Of a stretch of DNA of 48,709 nucleotides, positions 15,997-24,751 are shown piece by piece. Position 1 is the stretch's first letter. The number at the start of each line of letters is the position of its first letter. The position numbers and the translations under genes were made by a program. The DNA comes from a virus (Duplodnaviria > Caudoviricetes). The notes beneath the pieces are model-generated. The model did no database searches. It saw nothing but the letters and a program-made list of their open reading frames with translations, and was not told the origin of the DNA. The stretch is from IMG/VR virus record IMGVR_UViG_3300022697_000048, positions 1 to 48,709 of that record; one strand, written 5' to 3'.

Positions 15997-16595
15997 CTCA
16001 CACTTAAGAAACTACATTACAGGGGTACGCCAAGCTACTGATTAATAACGATGGCATAATATGTCAATGTCAGTAACTACTTGATATATAAGATTTACCC
16101 CGACTTTCGTTCACAAACTACATTACAGGGGTATCCTAGTCCCCTGATTACATTACTTATTTCTTTTATTTACCCCAATACCCCGACTTTTCCCGAAACT
16201 CCCCCGCGCCCGCCGTGTGCCTGTGCTGCTGGCTATCTCTAGCTGGCTATCTCTAGCTGGCTATCTCTAGCTGGCTATCTCTAGCTGGCTATCTCTGTTT
16301 TCATTTCCTATAGCAATATTTAATAATTTAGGGTTAAATAAGGGTATATAAAAAGAATAGTACATAGAATCAATACGTTGGGATACCCCGTTAATGTGTT
16401 TTCACGGGGTATTTTTGGGTTAAAAAAAAGACGAATGTCCATTAAATCAATACGTTGGGATACCCCTGTCGAGTAGAGTCTTAAGTTGTTGCTATTATCT
16501 TACTGTAATCAATATGTTACCGATTATGGATAATTTGCCGTTGTTATAGATCAATGGGTTAGGATACCCCTGTAATGTAGTTTCTTAAGTGTGAG
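15997..16595. repeat. Non-coding locus bounded by a perfect 31-bp inverted repeat, with internal iterons (candidate origin or packaging control site)
   Basis: CTCACACTTAAGAAACTACATTACAGGGGTA at 15997-16027 and its reverse complement at 16565-16595; partial third copy at 16115-16138. Confidence 0.9.
16228..16296. repeat. 14-bp tandem repeat x5 (GCTGGCTATCTCTA)
   Basis: Units start at 16228, 16242, 16256, 16270 and 16284; followed by an AT-rich tract. Confidence 0.95.
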
Positions 16596-16623
16596 TTGTG
16601 CCGGTAGCCGTATGTGGTATTAT
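16596..16623 (+). promoter_or_regulatory. Probable extended -10 promoter
   Basis: TTGTGC-16-TATTAT with TGn extension; ATG 6 nt downstream. Confidence 0.5.
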
Positions 16624-16629
16624 GTGGCT

Positions 16630-17361
16630 ATGTTTAAATTCGATGACAAAGAGATACAGCGTTACGAAAGGGAGATTAAAGCATACGCACATAAAGCGTT
16701 TCCCTTTGTGACAAAAAATACATTAAATAAAGCAGCCTTTAGAACTCAAAAGATTGCCCGTAAAGATGTGCGCGTTAAGATGGTATTGCGTAACAATTTT
16801 ACTGAGCGAAGTATTCAGGTGAACAAGGTAGAAGGTTTAAACGTTAGAACACAGAAATCATCTGTAGGCTCAACACTTGATTATATGTTAGATCAAGAAT
16901 TTGGAACTGTGATTACAAAAACAGGTAGCAGAGGTGTAAGCATACCCACTGGTTTTAGTGCTGGCCAACAAGGGTCACAACCACGCACACGGCTACCACG
17001 GCTACGTAACACAATGCGTCGTATTCGTTTGAAGGGGAAAAACAAACGTATGGGTAAGACACGTAAACAACGTTTGTTAAGAAGTGTTCAAGAGGCTGTA
17101 AATACTGGGAACCGTTTCGTGTTCCTAGATCTCGGTAGACGCCAAGGCATATTTAAGGTGGTTGGTGGTCGTAAAGGTGTTAAGCGAGGGTGGCCGAAAA
17201 ATGCACAGTTAAAAATGGTGCATGATATGACCTCTCAAAGTGTGACGATTCCCAAAAACCCATGGCTCGAACCAGCATGGCGACATGGGATAATTGGAAT
17301 ACCGGATGATTACAAGGACGCTTTGTTATTCCAAATTAACCGGTTTGGATTGTTCAAATAG
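16630..17361 (+). CDS. Basic protein, probable neck/tail-completion-type morphogenesis protein
   Basis: K/R-rich; TLNKAAF..., VGS..DYM..QEFG and terminal P.NPWLEPA recall the HK97-gp10/gpZ-like pattern. Confidence 0.5.
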   Translation: MFKFDDKEIQRYEREIKAYAHKAFPFVTKNTLNKAAFRTQKIARKDVRVKMVLRNNFTERSIQVNKVEGLNVRTQKSSVGSTLDYMLDQEFGTVITKTGSRGVSIPTGFSAGQQGSQPRTRLPRLRNTMRRIRLKGKNKRMGKTRKQRLLRSVQEAVNTGNRFVFLDLGRRQGIFKVVGGRKGVKRGWPKNAQLKMVHDMTSQSVTIPKNPWLEPAWRHGIIGIPDDYKDALLFQINRFGLFK

Positions 17362-17548
17362 TTACAGCTTTTTTGAATGCCTGTATAGCTCGTGTTTTAG
17401 CTGCTGTAGATAGCAGCAAATAACAATCAATAATTATCGCTAGTCTCTCCTTGTCCTTGATGGGCATAAACTTACGTAATTCTTTGTTGTTGTCACCGGC
17501 ACGTGCAGCACGTGACCGTCTTTGTTTCTCTTTGTCTGTTAGTTTCAT
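17354..17548 (-). CDS. Small basic hypothetical protein, possibly DNA-binding
   Basis: MKLTDKEKQRRSRAARAG...; ATGA coupling to the upstream ORF. Confidence 0.6.
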   Translation of the reverse strand: MKLTDKEKQRRSRAARAGDNNKELRKFMPIKDKERLAIIIDCYLLLSTAAKTRAIQAFKKAVTI

Positions 17549-17730
17549 CTTGATATCCATGTAATGGGTGAGCATTTGATTGAGTCACGTGCTGATGTGT
17601 TGGACTTCCAGCATACGTGGTCCTCTTTGCTGGCCTGTTCAGCTTGTTCTCTAGTGTCGTACGACTGTTGTGATATAGATAACACACTTACAACCCTATA
17701 TCGACGATTGATTTCAACGATCTCATTCAT
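17545..17730 (-). CDS. Hypothetical protein (possibly leaderless)
   Basis: ATG 6 nt after the -10 box of the minus-strand promoter. Confidence 0.6.
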   Translation of the reverse strand: MNEIVEINRRYRVVSVLSISQQSYDTREQAEQASKEDHVCWKSNTSARDSIKCSPITWISR

Positions 17731-17736
17731 ATGTAA

Positions 17737-17765
17737 ACAATAGTCTAACGACGTGTCACTGTCAA
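17737..17765 (-). promoter_or_regulatory. Repeated promoter, variant copy with partial operator
   Basis: Minus strand CCTTGACA-GTGACACGTCGTTAGAC-TATTGT (17-bp spacer). Confidence 0.75.
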
Positions 17766-17804
17766 GGTGTAGTGATCCCCTAAGTGGTGGTTAGCCTGGT
17801 GTCA

Positions 17805-17846
17805 CCAGCTCCAAATAGATAGCCAGCTCCAAATAGATAGCCAGCT
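17805..17846. repeat. 18-bp tandem repeat x2.3 carrying the reverse complement of the 14-bp array core
   Basis: CCAGCTCCAAATAGATAG repeated; contains AGATAGCCAGCT twice. Confidence 0.9.
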
Positions 17847-17900
17847 AAAACACCCTTATTAATGCCCCCGTACAGCCATATCATAGATGTAGTCAGTAGC

Positions 17901-18019
17901 TAAGTCATTGATAGATAAAGAGTTATGATTAAATAATATGTTGAGGTTGTTTATAAGTTACTGATAGTCAAGGAGTTTATATCTAGAGCTGGCTATCTCT
18001 GTTCTGTAAGTCATTGATC
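17901..18019. promoter_or_regulatory. Cluster of IHF-consensus-like sites upstream of terS
   Basis: TAAGTCATTGATA (17901), TAAGTTACTGATA (17954) and TAAGTCATTGATC (18007) match the reverse complement of WATCAANNNNTTR with 0-1 mismatch. Confidence 0.6.
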
Positions 18020-18178
18020 TATAAGGGAAAAATAAAAAAGGTACTGTAGAAAAAGGTGCCTATATGCCGTTTTGATGCTGACCGCGTAATTCGAACATTT
18101 TTTGATTTTTGGCCAATCGTTTACCTGTGAGGAGATGGTGTGTTACAGTGGTGCCGTTGACTATCAAGGTGATCCCCA

Positions 18179-19060
18179 ATGGCTGTAAAATTAATTACAA
18201 AAGCAGAATTATCACGGATGCTACAGGTAACACCGGCCGCTGTTACTAAAATGACGCGTGGCCCGTTACAAGATACGATGGTCAACACCCGTATAGATAT
18301 GGGCCATCCTGTAGCTGTAGCGTTTTTAAAAAAATGGAACGCAGGCTCACCCACAAAAATTGTTGTTGATGAACTATATGAAACCGCTGTTGCGATATGC
18401 CACAACAGCGGCCGGTGTTCCGCTCGTATGTTAAAAAAGGAGCTACATATCGGAGTAGGGCGCGCTACTAAAATTGTGGCTATGATCAAAGCAGGTGGAG
18501 CGGATAAATTAGTAAAATCACCACCACCGCCACCACCTAAAATTAAACCCATGGTGGTACCCCCACCGCCACCACCTAAAAAACCCAAAGCTACTGGGGT
18601 TACGACACAGGTTGTCCGTAAGAAAAAAGCACAACAAAAATTAAAAACGATTGACCCGGAAGACTTAGACGAATCAAATTCAGTACCGGAAGACTTACGG
18701 GCGTTCGCGCATTACACACTGCAACAATTATGTGATCGATTTGGTAATGAACTGGGTTTGTTAGATTGGCTAAAATCACTGAAGTTGCTAGAGGATGTAG
18801 TAACCGCACAGTTGAAAAACGCCGCTACTGCTGGTGATTTAGTAAGCGTTGAGTTAATTCAACTAGGCGTCATCGACCCTATCAATAAAACATACAGATC
18901 GCTACTGACTGATGGGGCAAAAACTATTGCTCAATCTGTGAATTCAATGACTAAATCAAAGGCTACATTGGTTGAATGTGAGTTAGAGGTTGTCCAGCAA
19001 ATGACATCCTTAATCCAGTCTGCTAAAAATAAAATGACCAAGGCTATCAAAAAAATATGA
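18179..19060 (+). CDS. terS: Terminase small subunit (Nu1-like position) with an inserted FtsK-gamma-like domain
   Basis: Directly upstream of terL; N-terminal HTH ITKAELSRMLQVTPAAVTK; DELYETAV...LHIGVGRATKIV; Pro-rich linker; helical C-terminus. Confidence 0.75.
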   Translation: MAVKLITKAELSRMLQVTPAAVTKMTRGPLQDTMVNTRIDMGHPVAVAFLKKWNAGSPTKIVVDELYETAVAICHNSGRCSARMLKKELHIGVGRATKIVAMIKAGGADKLVKSPPPPPPKIKPMVVPPPPPPKKPKATGVTTQVVRKKKAQQKLKTIDPEDLDESNSVPEDLRAFAHYTLQQLCDRFGNELGLLDWLKSLKLLEDVVTAQLKNAATAGDLVSVELIQLGVIDPINKTYRSLLTDGAKTIAQSVNSMTKSKATLVECELEVVQQMTSLIQSAKNKMTKAIKKI

Positions 19061-21021
19061 TTGAAATTGGTCGTGAGTGGTTGCTAAAACAAATTGATGA
19101 GATTGTTGAATCAATCGAACGGTTAACCCCTACCAAATTTAATGAGGGGAACCGCTACCTACCAAGTTCAGTAACTTCTATACCTGGCTTCCTTAGTTAT
19201 AAAGTAAACCCCTTCATGATCGAAATCATTGACTGCTTTGATGTTGATAGTCAGGTACGTGAGATGAATCTAATGAAGGGTGTGCAGATAACATACACCA
19301 CACTACTCGAATCTATTATGTTGTACTACATGGCACACGTTAAGTCGCTACCTATGATGTACATGACTGCTGATAAGGAACTTGCATCTGCACGTATAGA
19401 GAACAACATAATACCAATGTTGAACCATTCCGGCTTTGCCGACATCATTCGATCAAGTGACGACGGCAACAAACACAAGACAGGTAAGACAGCGCATCAC
19501 CTGCAATGGATGGGCGGTGGGTACATGGTTCCCTTCGGCGCAAAGAATGCAGATAAAATGCGTACGTTTTCTATCTGCATTATGCTTAAAGATGAAATCG
19601 ACGCATGGCTAGACCGTGTCGGTAAAGACGGTGATCCGGACTTACTCAGTGACCACCGCTGTCGTGGGTACTGGGAGCGCCGCAAGATAGCGCGAGGCTC
19701 AACGCCGCTACTCGAGGAAACATCAAAAATATTCCGTCAATACAAACGCGGTGACCAACGCAAGTACAATGTGTTGTGCAAGTCGTGTGGCTTTGCGCAG
19801 GATCTACGGTGGGAGGCTATCAACAAGGATAGTGGTGTAATTGGTGGTATGCAATGGGAAACTGAAGGAGGGATGCTACAACTAGATTCAGTGTGTTATT
19901 GCTGTTCTAATTGTGGCCATGCACACTATGAATATGATAAACGTAATTTGTTTTCACCTGATCACGGCGCACACTGGAAACCCACTAGTGTAGCAGTTGA
20001 ACCCAACATACGTTCATACCACCTACCTGCTTTATACTCACCCATTGGAATGGCCCCATGGTATACGTGCGTAAGCGCCTACCTTGACGGTTGGGATGTA
20101 AAGAAAAAACGAGTTAAGAATTTAGAAAAGTATCAAGGTTTCTATAATAATATTTTAGCGCGTCCATTTAGAATGCCGGGTGATAATGTTGAATTCGAAT
20201 CAGTATCACGCCATCGTCGTCGTGATTATATGTTTGGACAGATACCCAACAAGTATGCCGCTGAGTATTCCGGGTCACCTATTCTACTACTTACCTGTAC
20301 CGTTGATGTTCATAAGAGTAACTTAGCCGTTGCTGTCATGGGTTGGACAAGTGGAATGTGTTGTTACCTAATAGACTACTGGCGGTTCGAGGATGATGAT
20401 TGTTCACAACCCTCATCACCTGTGTGGCAACGATTGCGTAAACTAATTGAGGAAACTACGTACACCGCTGATGATAGTAAACGTTACAGTATAGCGATGA
20501 CGTTTATTGATGCCGGGTGGAAACAGTCTACAGTAACCGCGTTTTGTGGCCAATATCGAAATTCTGTTTTTCCTTCCATTGGGTCACCTGATACAGGTAA
20601 GGTTAAGTCTATACAACAGTTCTCAGAGTTCACCGCTAAGGATGGCATGAAAGGCTACACGATTAAGGTTGATCATTATAAGGATAGGCTTGCACCTGTG
20701 TTGCGTCGCCAGTGGATAGAGGATAGCGGCGACCAAGACGATTGGCATTTTAACGCGCCACTGGACGTCACTGATGATCAACTCAAAGAATTAACCGTAG
20801 AGGTACAACGTAAGGAAACTAATCAATGGGGTGTAGTTAGCTACCGCTGGCACCGGCCGGGTGGCGCTGACAATGAATTGTGGGATTTGTTTGTATACGG
20901 TTCTGCTGCTGTTGAGGTGTTGGCGTGGGCGTTATGTATTGAGCATCTAGAAATGGAGTCGATTGATTGGCGTACATTTTGGAAATTTTTGGAAGAACGC
21001 AAGGTTTACTTTTCTGATTAA
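19057..21021 (+). CDS. terL: Terminase large subunit, lambda GpA family
   Basis: MKGVQITYT, DEIDAW, GSTP, GDQR, CxxC pairs, TVDVH, FIDAG, NELWDLFVY. Confidence 0.95.
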   Translation: MIEIGREWLLKQIDEIVESIERLTPTKFNEGNRYLPSSVTSIPGFLSYKVNPFMIEIIDCFDVDSQVREMNLMKGVQITYTTLLESIMLYYMAHVKSLPMMYMTADKELASARIENNIIPMLNHSGFADIIRSSDDGNKHKTGKTAHHLQWMGGGYMVPFGAKNADKMRTFSICIMLKDEIDAWLDRVGKDGDPDLLSDHRCRGYWERRKIARGSTPLLEETSKIFRQYKRGDQRKYNVLCKSCGFAQDLRWEAINKDSGVIGGMQWETEGGMLQLDSVCYCCSNCGHAHYEYDKRNLFSPDHGAHWKPTSVAVEPNIRSYHLPALYSPIGMAPWYTCVSAYLDGWDVKKKRVKNLEKYQGFYNNILARPFRMPGDNVEFESVSRHRRRDYMFGQIPNKYAAEYSGSPILLLTCTVDVHKSNLAVAVMGWTSGMCCYLIDYWRFEDDDCSQPSSPVWQRLRKLIEETTYTADDSKRYSIAMTFIDAGWKQSTVTAFCGQYRNSVFPSIGSPDTGKVKSIQQFSEFTAKDGMKGYTIKVDHYKDRLAPVLRRQWIEDSGDQDDWHFNAPLDVTDDQLKELTVEVQRKETNQWGVVSYRWHRPGGADNELWDLFVYGSAAVEVLAWALCIEHLEMESIDWRTFWKFLEERKVYFSD

Positions 21022-21039
21022 TACTGGTACGCTTCGGCC

Positions 21040-22875
21040 ATGCCAGTCATTAGTTATACTTTTGCTACACCTGCTAACTATAATTTTGACCCTACAGCGG
21101 TTGAGGTTGTCAACGGCTCCGCGTCTTTAGTTCTTCAGTCTGCCGGTAGCCAGTTTCTAAACGAACCCATTAATGATGATACCGGTTTTACTTACGACAA
21201 TACTCAAGTAGAATTCGTAGGTGGTGAGGTTCGCCAGTTGGACGTGACACCGTTGGCGTCGGTGTTCGGTGTAAGCTATCAAGGCAATGTTCCCGCTATC
21301 ACCAATGAGGCTGATCTAGCATGGCATAAGAATACTGGTATGTTAGCTGCTGTCGTAGTGGGTTCACCTATTATTGTGAACGGTGCGTTGGACTGTACTG
21401 GTGTTGGTGCATCTGTTTTTTACCAGCATCAATCAACTGTCACCGAAACAATCAAAGTTAAATACACACCTAACAATAGCCTACCCGCCACAAACGTTGA
21501 TATTATCACTTTAGTTAATGGGTTTAATACTGCTGATAGAATATTTCTAAGCCATTCACCAAGTGGCAACACGTTACGAACTGGTATCTATGACACGAAT
21601 AATATTGCTATTATCGCAGGCGCTTTTAATATCGGGTCACCTAATTTTATCTCAGGCCAAGAGTATGAGATAGAAATAGTAATAGATTCTATAGGTGGGT
21701 TTTTATACGTCTTTATTGACGGGTTGTTATTCACTACTCAGAACCCTGGACCATGGACACGCGGCACCGGGTTAATGCGTTACTACCTTGGCGGTGGTGT
21801 ATACAATATATGTGATGGTACTTTCGATGATTTTATAGTATTCAATGATGTGCAACACACAGCATCATACCAATTAGGCTACACGATTGACCCCTACATA
21901 TATGTTAACTCTAGTGTTGATTTACCACTAATAACTAAACCTGGCTTAGGTACATTCTTGTCACTGACAGGCATAGTGGATATTGCCAATGGTCCGATAC
22001 TGTATTCCTTGAATGTTGATGGTAATGGGTTTATGTATTGGGATGGTGCAGCGTGGGTGGCGAGCGATGGAAGTTCAGCAGAGTCGAATACACTATCAGT
22101 TATTAACGCGAACATTGCTACTTTTCCAGATACAAACGGTAGCACTACTATCAGTATTCGCTTACATTTTTCACAGAGTAATACTACCCAATCTAGTGTT
22201 GATGATATTACAATTATCTATAATGGTCATACACTATACCCGACGACTAACCCTAAAATTAACCCGCTAGTCGGTGTTAGCCAACATCAACTAATGTCGT
22301 TCCTTGCTGTGCTCACTGCTGATGGTTTAGATGCTGTACGCTTCGAGTTACGCGTGGGTGGGCAAGATATGTACTTTGATGGTAGTAACTGGGTTGCTTC
22401 TGATGGTAGCTATTTGGAGACTAACGACCTTGTAACGTTACAAGCAAACTTATCAAGCTTCGCCGCTAAGGGTACCATTGTCCCTGTTATCCATTTACAT
22501 TCTGACGACGGCACAACCACGCCATCGATCGATAATATTTCACTGCAATATGATTTTTATGCAGGTGCTACGACACCGGAAAATGTTTGTACTGTGTGGG
22601 GGTATTTGTATGATGCCGTTAATAAACCCCTAATAGGTACATCGGTTGTGGTAACACCAACTATATACGGTGTTATCAATGATAAATTGATTAGCCGTAC
22701 CCCACAAACAGTTGTCACTGATGCTGATGGTTATTGGGAAATAAAATTAATAGAAACAGAATCGACTAGTAATAATTGGGCTTATAAATTTGAGCTACCC
22801 GGATATACAACCACGCGTATCGTACCCAACAAAGATAGCGCGCAACTGAATGAACTTGGGTTGTCGGTGCTATGA
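21040..22875 (+). CDS. Large beta-rich putative virion fibre/adhesin (LamG-like core, duplicated WVASDGS module, C-terminal beta-sandwich)
   Basis: LYVFIDG...DGTFDDFIVFN; YWDGAAWVASDGS and YFDGSNWVASDGS; CTVWGYLYD...TDADGYWEIKL. Confidence 0.6.
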   Translation: MPVISYTFATPANYNFDPTAVEVVNGSASLVLQSAGSQFLNEPINDDTGFTYDNTQVEFVGGEVRQLDVTPLASVFGVSYQGNVPAITNEADLAWHKNTGMLAAVVVGSPIIVNGALDCTGVGASVFYQHQSTVTETIKVKYTPNNSLPATNVDIITLVNGFNTADRIFLSHSPSGNTLRTGIYDTNNIAIIAGAFNIGSPNFISGQEYEIEIVIDSIGGFLYVFIDGLLFTTQNPGPWTRGTGLMRYYLGGGVYNICDGTFDDFIVFNDVQHTASYQLGYTIDPYIYVNSSVDLPLITKPGLGTFLSLTGIVDIANGPILYSLNVDGNGFMYWDGAAWVASDGSSAESNTLSVINANIATFPDTNGSTTISIRLHFSQSNTTQSSVDDITIIYNGHTLYPTTNPKINPLVGVSQHQLMSFLAVLTADGLDAVRFELRVGGQDMYFDGSNWVASDGSYLETNDLVTLQANLSSFAAKGTIVPVIHLHSDDGTTTPSIDNISLQYDFYAGATTPENVCTVWGYLYDAVNKPLIGTSVVVTPTIYGVINDKLISRTPQTVVTDADGYWEIKLIETESTSNNWAYKFELPGYTTTRIVPNKDSAQLNELGLSVL

Positions 22876-23120
22876 CGTTTCTCACTGACAGACGCGACGC
22901 AATCATGAAACAAATCATAGCGTATGAAGATGCTATGTTTCAGCTAGCTAATAACAATATTCAATCATACCAATTGGACACCGGACAGACTGTGGAAAAA
23001 GTTACTAAATTAGATATCGAATTTATGAAAGGTATTATTGACGGCTTGTATAATCAGTACACCGTTTTAGATAATCGTATTAAAGGTCGAGGTAGTGTAG
23101 TGGGGCAACCCGGATGGTAA
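22872..23120 (+). CDS. Head-tail joining protein (gpW-like)
   Basis: 82 aa before the portal; IQSYQLDTGQT... Confidence 0.7.
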   Translation: MTFLTDRRDAIMKQIIAYEDAMFQLANNNIQSYQLDTGQTVEKVTKLDIEFMKGIIDGLYNQYTVLDNRIKGRGSVVGQPGW

Positions 23121-24751
23121 ACGATGGGTTTCTCTCACTAGGTGTTCAGTTTGCACAAGCATTAGCTGGTAGGGTTTTCTCTAAGCAACCTACGACGCCT
23201 ACCTACGATATTGATTTGATCAATAATGCAATAGGTGATAGTCACCAACACAGTACATGGACAGGCGATAAGTTCTATGGTGGGTTTGGTATTACTAAAG
23301 ATTACAGCGTTGTTGATTACTGGCTGTTACGTCGTCGCTCCAAGCAGTTGTTTACCGAGAACCCATACGCGTGTGGTTTAATACGCAGGCTTTTAACGAA
23401 TGTTATCAACAAGGGTTTAAACCTTGAGGCTACACCCGATGCAAGTATTTTAGGTTTAGATGATGACCAATTGAGTGAATGGTCTGAAAACGTAGAACGT
23501 CGTTTCGTGATGTGGGGCAAAAACCCCAACCTTTGTGATTATAAACGTGAGCGTACGATAGGTGCTATTGAACGACAAGCTGAAATGATGGCTATGATTT
23601 CAGGCGATGTGTTGGTGATACTACGACAAGGTTCATCTGGTTTACCGAATATTGAATTAGTTGACGCTGAACACGTTGTGTATCCTGACAAAGGCAACCA
23701 CTTACGTGCAGTACATAACCGTGGTAACACCGTTGAACATGGTGTCGAGATTGACAAGGCACGTCGACACGTAGCGTTTTTTGTAAAGGATAAAGACGGA
23801 CATATCAAGCGTGTTCCTGCTAGAGGGTCACGTACTAAGCGCCGTCAAGCATGGTTACATTACTCAACTGAACGCATGATTGATGATGTACGTGGTATGT
23901 CGCTACTTGCGTTGATGATGCAATCGTTGAAAGAAGTTGATCGTTATCGTGATGCTGAACAACGTAGTGCGGTTGTTAATAGCACTATAGCTATGTGGAT
24001 TGAGAAAGGTGAAGATAAAATGTCTTCGCTGGCGTTTGGTGCAGGTGCTACCCGTCATGATAGTGTAACCACACAGAATGATGAACATGGTCGTAAAGAT
24101 GTAGAGTTTTCCAGAACACTACCGGGTGTTGTAATGCAAGAGTTACAACATGGTGAAAAACCTACTAGCTACGACACGAAGCGTCCTAATGTTAATTTTG
24201 CTATTTTTGAAACGGCTATTATCAGCACGGTTGCGTGGTCCAATGAGATACCACCTGAAATTTTAATGCTGGCGTTTCACCAGAATTACGCGGCGTCACG
24301 TGGCGCGGTTGTTGAATTCAAAATGTATTTGGACCGTAAACGTACTTCGATTGGTGAAGAATTGTTAGACCCTATCTATCAAGATTTTTTAGTAGCAGAA
24401 GTGCTCAACGGTGATATTCTTGCACCCGGATTTTTAGAGTCCACACGTGATGCAACGATGTGGGCAACATTTGGTGCATGGACTTCGTCGGATTGGTCCG
24501 GCGCTGTTAAACCTAATACTGACCTATTGAAAGACGTTAAAGCGTATGGGTTAATGATAGACAAAGGTTTGATAACTAAGGACCGCGCTACACGTGAGTT
24601 GAATGGTATGAAATACTCCAAAGCTATTCGAACATTGAAAAAAGAAAATGAACAATTTGTTGAAACACAACAACCGTTAATTGATGCTGGATTATTAGCT
24701 GATCAAAATGCACCCGAAGTATCTGATAGTCCAGAGGTGAATTCACAATGA
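23114..24751 (+). CDS. Portal protein, lambda family
   Basis: LRRRS..L..ENPYA, GVEID, RGMSLLA, NYAASRG; position in the head module. Confidence 0.92.
   Translation: MVNDGFLSLGVQFAQALAGRVFSKQPTTPTYDIDLINNAIGDSHQHSTWTGDKFYGGFGITKDYSVVDYWLLRRRSKQLFTENPYACGLIRRLLTNVINKGLNLEATPDASILGLDDDQLSEWSENVERRFVMWGKNPNLCDYKRERTIGAIERQAEMMAMISGDVLVILRQGSSGLPNIELVDAEHVVYPDKGNHLRAVHNRGNTVEHGVEIDKARRHVAFFVKDKDGHIKRVPARGSRTKRRQAWLHYSTERMIDDVRGMSLLALMMQSLKEVDRYRDAEQRSAVVNSTIAMWIEKGEDKMSSLAFGAGATRHDSVTTQNDEHGRKDVEFSRTLPGVVMQELQHGEKPTSYDTKRPNVNFAIFETAIISTVAWSNEIPPEILMLAFHQNYAASRGAVVEFKMYLDRKRTSIGEELLDPIYQDFLVAEVLNGDILAPGFLESTRDATMWATFGAWTSSDWSGAVKPNTDLLKDVKAYGLMIDKGLITKDRATRELNGMKYSKAIRTLKKENEQFVETQQPLIDAGLLADQNAPEVSDSPEVNSQ

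Noticed and set aside
16228-16296. CRISPR array
   Set aside because: Units are 14 bp and directly adjacent with no spacers; no cas operon
15997-16595. IS or MITE defined by the 31-bp inverted repeats
   Set aside because: No transposase and no evident target-site duplication; the internal symmetry fits a protein-binding locus better. Inversion is not excluded
18121-18588. Gly-rich antisense ORF (also 27455-27687, 46108-46323, 48155-48580)
   Set aside because: Shadows of Pro-rich repeats in real genes on the opposite strand
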